Shown: piece by piece, positions 9,100-14,880 of the stretch
Layout of the letters: each line of letters opens with the position of its first letter
How positions within the stretch are numbered: the stretch's first letter is position 1
From: Octopus sinensis
Lineage: Eukaryota
Direction of reading: 5' to 3'
Length of the DNA stretch: 14,880 nt
Assembly (NCBI RefSeq): GCF_006345805.1
Contig: NW_021825564.1
Span: 1-14,880, forward strand
Made by a program: the position numbers and the translations under genes
Notes under the pieces: generated by a model
What the model was told of the DNA's origin: nothing
What the model saw: only the letters and a program-made list of their open reading frames with translations
Databases searched by the model: none

Positions 9100-9273
9100 T
9101 CTATTTGGCACATATCAGCATTCATCAGCAAATAATTCATTTACTGAATTCTTAAAAGAAAAGCCTGTACTCTTGTTAGAATAACTGGTCTGGCACAGTA
9201 GAATTGGTTGAGGAGAGACTCAATAAGGCCGAAACACCGCGGTCTCTAAGAGTTTCCTTGCATCGATGAATGA

Positions 9274-9428
9274 CGTGTGACATGAACATACATCGTCTAA
9301 AAAGAAGAGATAATCTCTGATGACGGAAAACAACAGTGATCAGATATCCACGTTCCAAAGTATTAAGAATGAACAGATATATTATTGTTTGGATTTTCGT
9401 CGTTCTCAGTGCAACACATGAATTATTA
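9274..9428 (+). repeat. Repeat unit copy 2 with CTGATGA core at 9317-9323
   Basis: gagataatctctgatgacggaaaacaacagtgatcag...gtattaagaatgaacaga...tgaattatta; core lies 340 bp after copy 1. Confidence 0.8.
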
Positions 9429-9809
9429 ACTGTTGTTCACATCCACTTATTTTTCATATTATGGTTGTTTTATATTTTTTTAATCCCCGGGTGTACCTTG
9501 ATTTAGCCGGCAAAAGGCATTTCAATGCGCAGGTCACAAATTGAATAGCAAAGAAAGAAACAAATATATTGCCTAAACTAAAAACGAAAGTATAACACTG
9601 CTGATTAAGCACATACTTTAAATGAAGCACCGATTATATGCGTCATCAGAAGTTAGTATTTAGCCCAACACCTCCAGATATCAGCTACTATAGAACAGTC
9701 GAGCCATGCTGAAATGACTTCGTGAGATCAAGACTTTGCAACATGAAGGTATCAAACTCTTTGAATAAAATAGATGAGACATCCAACGTTTAACTAGTAA
9801 TATATAAGA

Positions 9810-9970
9810 CTTCGATGTTCAACTAATTACATGAGAGACGAGACATCCCAAACGGAACCAGTAGAACAAGATATCGTGGTATAAAATAAAATACAATACT
9901 CCATAGGTGAAAGAGCCGAAGTCGAGCTTAGTGACACAACGTTTCAAAGTATCAACTATACAACTACGTG
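9810..9970 (-). mobile_element. Possible very old I/Nimb-type LINE RT remnant
   Basis: Translation VTKLDFGSFTYG...ILYHDI...SHVIS resembles the RSKLDYGSxxYG...IHHxGI...SPVxSL region C-terminal to RT in I-group LINEs; by eye only. Confidence 0.3.
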
Positions 9971-10216
9971 TTTCTGTGTGATGGAAACTTGCCATTTCCA
10001 ACGAGATACTATAATGGTAAACCATTGCTTAGAAGTTCATTTAAATCAATATTTATGCAAATTCCCGTCAGTTATTAGACATAATTTGCCCTCAGATATC
10101 CTCTCAGGATTATAAAGAGTATATATCCGAGAACAGGATAAAACAAGAGATTAAGTTTATCCTTGATATTATTAAGAAAAAAATACTAATTCCACTTTTT
10201 ATCTTTTTATCTCGGA

Positions 10217-10248
10217 CACACACACACACACATATATATGTATGCATG

Positions 10249-10310
<62 letters not shown>
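10217..10310. repeat. (CA)n/(TA)n microsatellite
   Basis: Directly visible. Confidence 0.9.
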
Positions 10311-10446
10311 CGGAGCAAATAATTCACGAGAAAAAATTATTCACGAAAAAAATAATTATATATGAGCATGTCTAGATATGCAACTATATGCATGAGAATA
10401 CATACGCAAAACATACATACATACATGCCTACATACATACAAACAA

Positions 10447-10554
10447 AAATACCCTGTTGTTGATGTTGAAGTTCCAATGTAGGTGCCTTGCTTCGAGGTT
10501 AGAAACCGGCTCTTTTTCTACTGGCAAGAAATCTTGAAATAAACTGAATAATGA
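10447..10554 (+). mobile_element. Short unclassified insertion within an (ACAT)n array
   Basis: ~108 bp of non-simple sequence with acatacatac on both sides; contains hairpin gccttg-ctt-cgaggt followed by gaaaccgg. Confidence 0.4.
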
Positions 10555-11005
10555 CATACATACATACATATGCACGTATGACCACTGTCAGCATGACATA
10601 CTTCATGTATGCGTCTTCTTAAACGTTTGTAGCTGCGGTATAACGTCTGAGAAAGATTCTTTTAAAGACAATGTTAAAAAAAAAACTAAATTTAAAAAAA
10701 AAAAAACACAGTATACTTCAAAATTAGACAAAACAAAACCGCAGCGGAAGTGAACGAGAACGATGGATATCGACATTTCCCAGTTTTTTTATGCGAGCGC
10801 ACGTCTGTCTGTATGTTTATCATAGATGAGATATTATCTAAGCCAAGCTAGGAAGACAGGACTGAGTGGTATGAACTATATACGCGTCATAACTAAGGAG
10901 AACGAAATTTGAGCTTCTAACACAAGGCATTAAGTAATCAATTATAAATAGATAAACGTAATTGTTGAAGAACCCAGAGTTGGAGCTTCTAACACAAAGC
11001 TTCCA

Positions 11006-11310
11006 GCCTGGTTGCCAGCAGACTAAGGGGGCCTACCTGCAACAACAAGGGGGCCCACCCGCACCTACAATGCTATCATTTAATATTTTCATTTTTTTTT
11101 TGTTAGGAGTATTCTTTTTAGCTGTCTACAAACACAGCCAACCTGAAATGATTAATGCATTTTTCCAGGAGTGAATAAAAAATTCTCAAACGTGAGGGGA
11201 TAGGCCCCTTAGATACTAACATGGGCTCCCATATATGGATTCTAATGACGTAGAGGCCCATTTGCCATTGGGCAAACTGGCAAGCTGGCAACCTGGCCAG
11301 TCCGCCACTG
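11006..11310. mobile_element. Possible MITE remnant
   Basis: Inverted repeat gcctggttgccagc (11006-11019) / gctggcaacctggc (11284-11297), 13/14; right end cagtccgccactg is hAT-like; internal ggggcc-type motifs; left terminus missing. Confidence 0.4.
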
Positions 11311-11409
11311 TTTCCCGCTATAAGTTACTAAAACATCATAGTTTAGAGATCCGACGGCGATCTAGCAACAACACAGGACTTCGAGGCATCGACCCAACGT
11401 ATCACATTT

Positions 11410-11452
11410 TCTCTTTGTCTGACGAAGAGCTTTGGCTCAAAACATTAGAAAT
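11410..11452 (+). ncRNA. Decayed Penelope-type minimal hammerhead motif
   Basis: CTGACGA a GAGC-tttg-GCTC aAAAC aTTA: stem II intact, GAAAC and AACGTT each altered by one G>A. Confidence 0.55.
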
Positions 11453-11536
11453 CTCTCTTCCACGCCTCACGCGATATATGACCTTATCCAAAATAATAAA
11501 CTTCTCTATATAATATTTTCCAAATACACTGATAGT

Positions 11537-11677
11537 AGTTTTGTTGGGTCTCCCTCACTTCCTTCGTTCCTTTGGTGCTACCCATTGTATAACTATCTTT
11601 AGTATTCATTCTTCTAACAGTCGGAAGACATGACCTAAATGTCTCAATCTTGTTTCCACCCCAATCTCCTGCACGGC
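11537..11677 (-). mobile_element. RTE-clade LINE ORF2 C-terminal fragment (pseudogenised)
   Basis: Minus-strand frame from 11650: RLRHLGHVFRLLEE*ILKIVIQWVAPKERRK*GRPNKT, matching the RLRWxGHVxR...RxxGRP signature of RTE-type ORF2; both TGA stops sit where Arg (CGA) is expected. Confidence 0.8.
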
Positions 11678-11736
11678 ACACACTCTAGCTACGCTAATGA
11701 CACCACGTGTATAATGCATTGTTATAGGCTAAAAAA

Positions 11737-11995
11737 GGCTGGTGGACTAGTGTTTAAGGTGCTGTACTCTCGATCGTGAGATCGTGGGTTCGATTCCCAG
11801 ACCGGGCAGTGCGTTGGGTCACTGAGCAAATCACTTCACCTCAAGTTGCTCTGCGATCACTTCGACACCTGACGTATGAGACACCGTGCATCTGTACAGG
11901 TAATGTCGATTTGATGGAAGGAAAGAGCTAATGTGCAGCAAAAACATTTGATCTTTATAAACTAAAACTCATCTGTCCAGGCTGTTCAGTAAGAA
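11737..11995 (+). mobile_element. tRNA-head, CORE-like SINE (group C), second tail type
   Basis: gtggactagtgtttaag (A box), ggttcgattccc (B box), gcgttgggtcactgagcaaatcacttcacctcaagttgctc (CORE-like); 3' boundary approximate. Confidence 0.75.
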
Positions 11996-12061
11996 TCTAC
12001 GAAGTTATTTTCCTCGGACACGAGAAACAAACAAGTTGAAGGCGGGTGAAAGAATTCCACA

Positions 12062-12792
12062 GGCGTAGGAGTGGCGGTGTGGTAAGTAGCTTGCTTACCA
12101 ACCACCTAGTTCCGGGTTCAGTCCCACTGCATGGCACCTTGGTCAAGTGTCTTCTACTATAGCCTCGGGCCGACCAAAGCCTTGTGAGTGGATTTGGTAG
12201 ACAGAAACTGAAAAAAGCCCATCATATATATGTATATATATATGTATGGCTCAGTGGTTAGAGCGTCGAGCTTACGATCGTGAGGTTGTGAGCTCGAATC
12301 CCGGACCTGGCTGCGTGTTGTGTTCTTGAGCAAGACACTTTTATTTCACGTTGCTCCAGTTCACTCAGCTGTAGAAATAAGTTGCGACGTCACAGGTATT
12401 AGCCTTTGCCTTTCCCTTGGATAACACTGGTGGCGTGGAGAGGGGAGGCCGGTATGCATGGGCGACTGCTGGTCATCCATGAACAAGCTTGCCCGCTCTT
12501 GTGCTTGGGATGGTAACTTTCTAGGTGCAATCCCATGGTCTGTGTCGTGACAGAAGGGGTCTCAGAATATGTATGTGTGTTTATATGTTGGTGTGTCTGT
12601 GTTTGTCCCCCCCAACATCGCTTGACAACCGATGCTGGTGTGTTTACATCCCCGTAACTTAGCGGTTCGGCAAAAGAGACCGATAGAATAAGTACTAGGC
12701 TTATAAAAGAATAAGTCCTAGGGTCGATTTGCTCGACTATATGTGGTGCTCCAGCATGGCCATAGTCGAATGACTGAAACAAGTAAAAGAGT
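12062..12792 (+). mobile_element. Full-length group B SINE interrupted by a nested SINE
   Basis: ggcgtaggagtggcggtgtggtaag (A box), gggttcagtccc (B box); both halves match 7050-7430. Confidence 0.9.
12248..12566 (+). mobile_element. Nested tRNA-head, CORE-like SINE (group C), third tail type
   Basis: ggctcagtggttagagcg (A box), gctcgaatccc (B box), gtgttcttgagcaagacact...cactcagctgtagaaat (CORE-like); absent from the 7050-7430 paralog; flanked by atatgtatg (12240-12248, 12567-12575). Confidence 0.85.
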
Positions 12793-13034
12793 ACCCTTTT
12801 GTTGTGTCAAGTACCCAGGGTAACAGTCATCCATCCACTGAGTGGTATGTAGTTTCACACGCTCTTACGTATTCGACATGGCTTATATCTCGTTTTGTCC
12901 TTATATCCTGTTTACAGACATGACTAATGCTGAATCCACTATACAGACATGACTAACGCTTGAGTTATTCAATTCTATGGTTTCATGTGTGCGGAAGAAT
13001 GGAAATAGAATAAAACAAAGTATGTGCACAGACA

Positions 13035-13053
13035 TGTGTGTGGTGTGGTGTGT

Positions 13054-13095
<42 letters not shown>

Positions 13096-13260
13096 AATGT
13101 ATGTGCATGTGTGTGTGTACGTATATATAAGTATATGTGTAAATATATAGAGAGATAAATAGATAGATAATGTATATTTGTATGAGATATTTACGTTTGT
13201 TGATAGTGTGTGTATGTGCACGCGCGTGTGCGTGCATGTGTGTGTGCGTGGGTGTGTGCG
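13035..13260. repeat. (GT)n-rich microsatellite field
   Basis: Directly visible. Confidence 0.9.
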
Positions 13261-13339
13261 TATCCTAGTGTATATCTGCTTAACAGTTACATTTTATGAT
13301 GTTCCCATAGACGAGTTTTGTTGATGCATATAATATAGT

Positions 13340-13427
13340 ATATATTTGTGTATATATTTGTATGTGTATGTGCTTGTGTATATATGTATTTGCATATGGA
13401 TACATATAAATATGTGTATATGTGTGC

Positions 13428-13479
<52 letters not shown>

Positions 13480-13496
13480 TATATACATATATATAT

Positions 13497-13535
<39 letters not shown>

Positions 13536-13682
13536 TAATATATACATACACATATATATATATATTATATACATATATATATATATATACATACAATATA
13601 TATATATATATACATACATATATAATATATATATTATATATATATATACACACACATATATATTATATATATATATATACAC

Positions 13683-13715
<33 letters not shown>

Positions 13716-13970
13716 TATATATATATATATATATAATACACACACACATATTAATATATACATACATATATATACATATATATCATATATATATACATAT
13801 ATATATACATATATATATATACATATATATTATATATATATATATATATATAACATACATATATATATATATAATTATATAACATATATACGTATATACA
13901 TACATACATGTACAAACACAAAACACACACACACACACACTCACACAAACACACATGTGTATATATAGAC
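13340..13970. repeat. Long imperfect (TA)n/(CA)n field
   Basis: Directly visible. Confidence 0.95.
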
Positions 13971-14070
13971 ATATTTGCATATCTGTCTGCAGCCTTTAAA
14001 ACTGTTATTTAAACTCGAACTAATTCAGGATTTGAAGAGTCATTATTCAGCACTCCGCCCACTTGTGGCG

Positions 14071-14170
14071 CAACACGCACTCACACACACACCACACACA
14101 CACACACGCACAAACACACGCACACACACACACGCACACACACGCACACACACACACGCACACGCACACT

Positions 14171-14202
<32 letters not shown>

Positions 14203-14386
14203 CACACCACACGCACCACACACACACACACCACGCACACACACAACACACACGACACACACGCACACCACCACACACCACGCACAACACACACACACCA
14301 CACACACAACACGCACACACACACACACGCGCACACACACACACACACGCACACACACACACACACACGCACACACTCACACACAA

Positions 14387-14418
<32 letters not shown>

Positions 14419-14450
14419 ACACGCACACACACACACACACGCACACACAC
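14071..14450. repeat. Long imperfect (CA)n/(CACG) field
   Basis: Directly visible. Confidence 0.95.
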
Positions 14451-14765
14451 AAGATATATTGTAGAATATTTGCGATACATGCGCATGTATCTGCCTGTGT
14501 ATGTGACCCGTATACGTATGATATATGCAATTAAAAACATATAAGTATGGGAAACGGAGTTACTGACAATCGTTTAAAAGCATAAATGCATATAAGTGCA
14601 TAAAAATATGAATACAAAAATACTTACACACATAAATACATATACACACGTAGATGTTAACATGCCTACAAACGTACTTTTATACAAATATACATAAGAT
14701 ATGTCGTCTGTGGGTGTGTTTGTATGTATATATACAAGCGTAAATATATTTTATGGTGTTTATGT

Positions 14766-14853
14766 ATATATATTATATATTATATTATATCATATTATAT
14801 TATATTATATTATATTATATTATATATTATATTATATTATATATATATATATA
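14766..14853. repeat. (ATATT)n pentanucleotide plus (TA)n
   Basis: Directly visible. Confidence 0.93.
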
Positions 14854-14880
14854 TTAAATAGGTGAATGAATTATCCTATG

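Noticed and set aside
8977-9428. Tandem C/D box snoRNAs (TGATGA as box C)
   Set aside because: Box is preceded by C rather than a purine, there is no CTGA box D at a shared distance, and one copy is inverted.
9600-9652. Minus-strand CTGATGA followed by a 7-bp stem (gcatata/tatgtgc)
   Set aside because: No GAAA box follows the stem; too incomplete for a hammerhead call.
12248-12312. tRNA gene
   Set aside because: A/B boxes are present but there is no acceptor stem, and it continues into a CORE-like SINE body; the same applies to 11737 and 3142.
13294-14544. YI- and HT-repeat ORFs
   Set aside because: (TA)n and (CA)n artefacts.
1-14880. CRISPR array or prokaryotic system
   Set aside because: No regularly spaced identical repeats with unique spacers, no operon-like ORFs; the sequence is eukaryotic repeat-rich DNA.

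Overview
AT-rich, repeat-saturated eukaryotic non-coding DNA (intronic or intergenic). From recognition of the SINE motifs it is most likely an octopus/coleoid cephalopod genome; this was not checked by search. No host protein-coding gene is supported: nearly all listed ORFs are translations of microsatellites or SINEs. The window holds about 14 tRNA-derived SINE copies from three head/body groups, an internally deleted mariner with recognisable transposase remnants, a hAT-like MITE, an RTE-clade LINE ORF2 fragment, a possible I/Nimb-type LINE remnant and many compound microsatellites. The least explained structure is at 8349-9428. There, a ~110-145 bp unit carrying a degenerate hammerhead-ribozyme-like core occurs three times (one inverted copy head-to-head with two tandem copies), and two more hammerhead-like motifs lie between the tandem copies. 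One copy was later split by a MITE, which was itself split by a SINE. Further Penelope-type minimal hammerhead motifs lie near 6830 and 11420. Almost all have core defects, so they are probably relics of Penelope-like or retrozyme-like elements, not proven active ribozymes.
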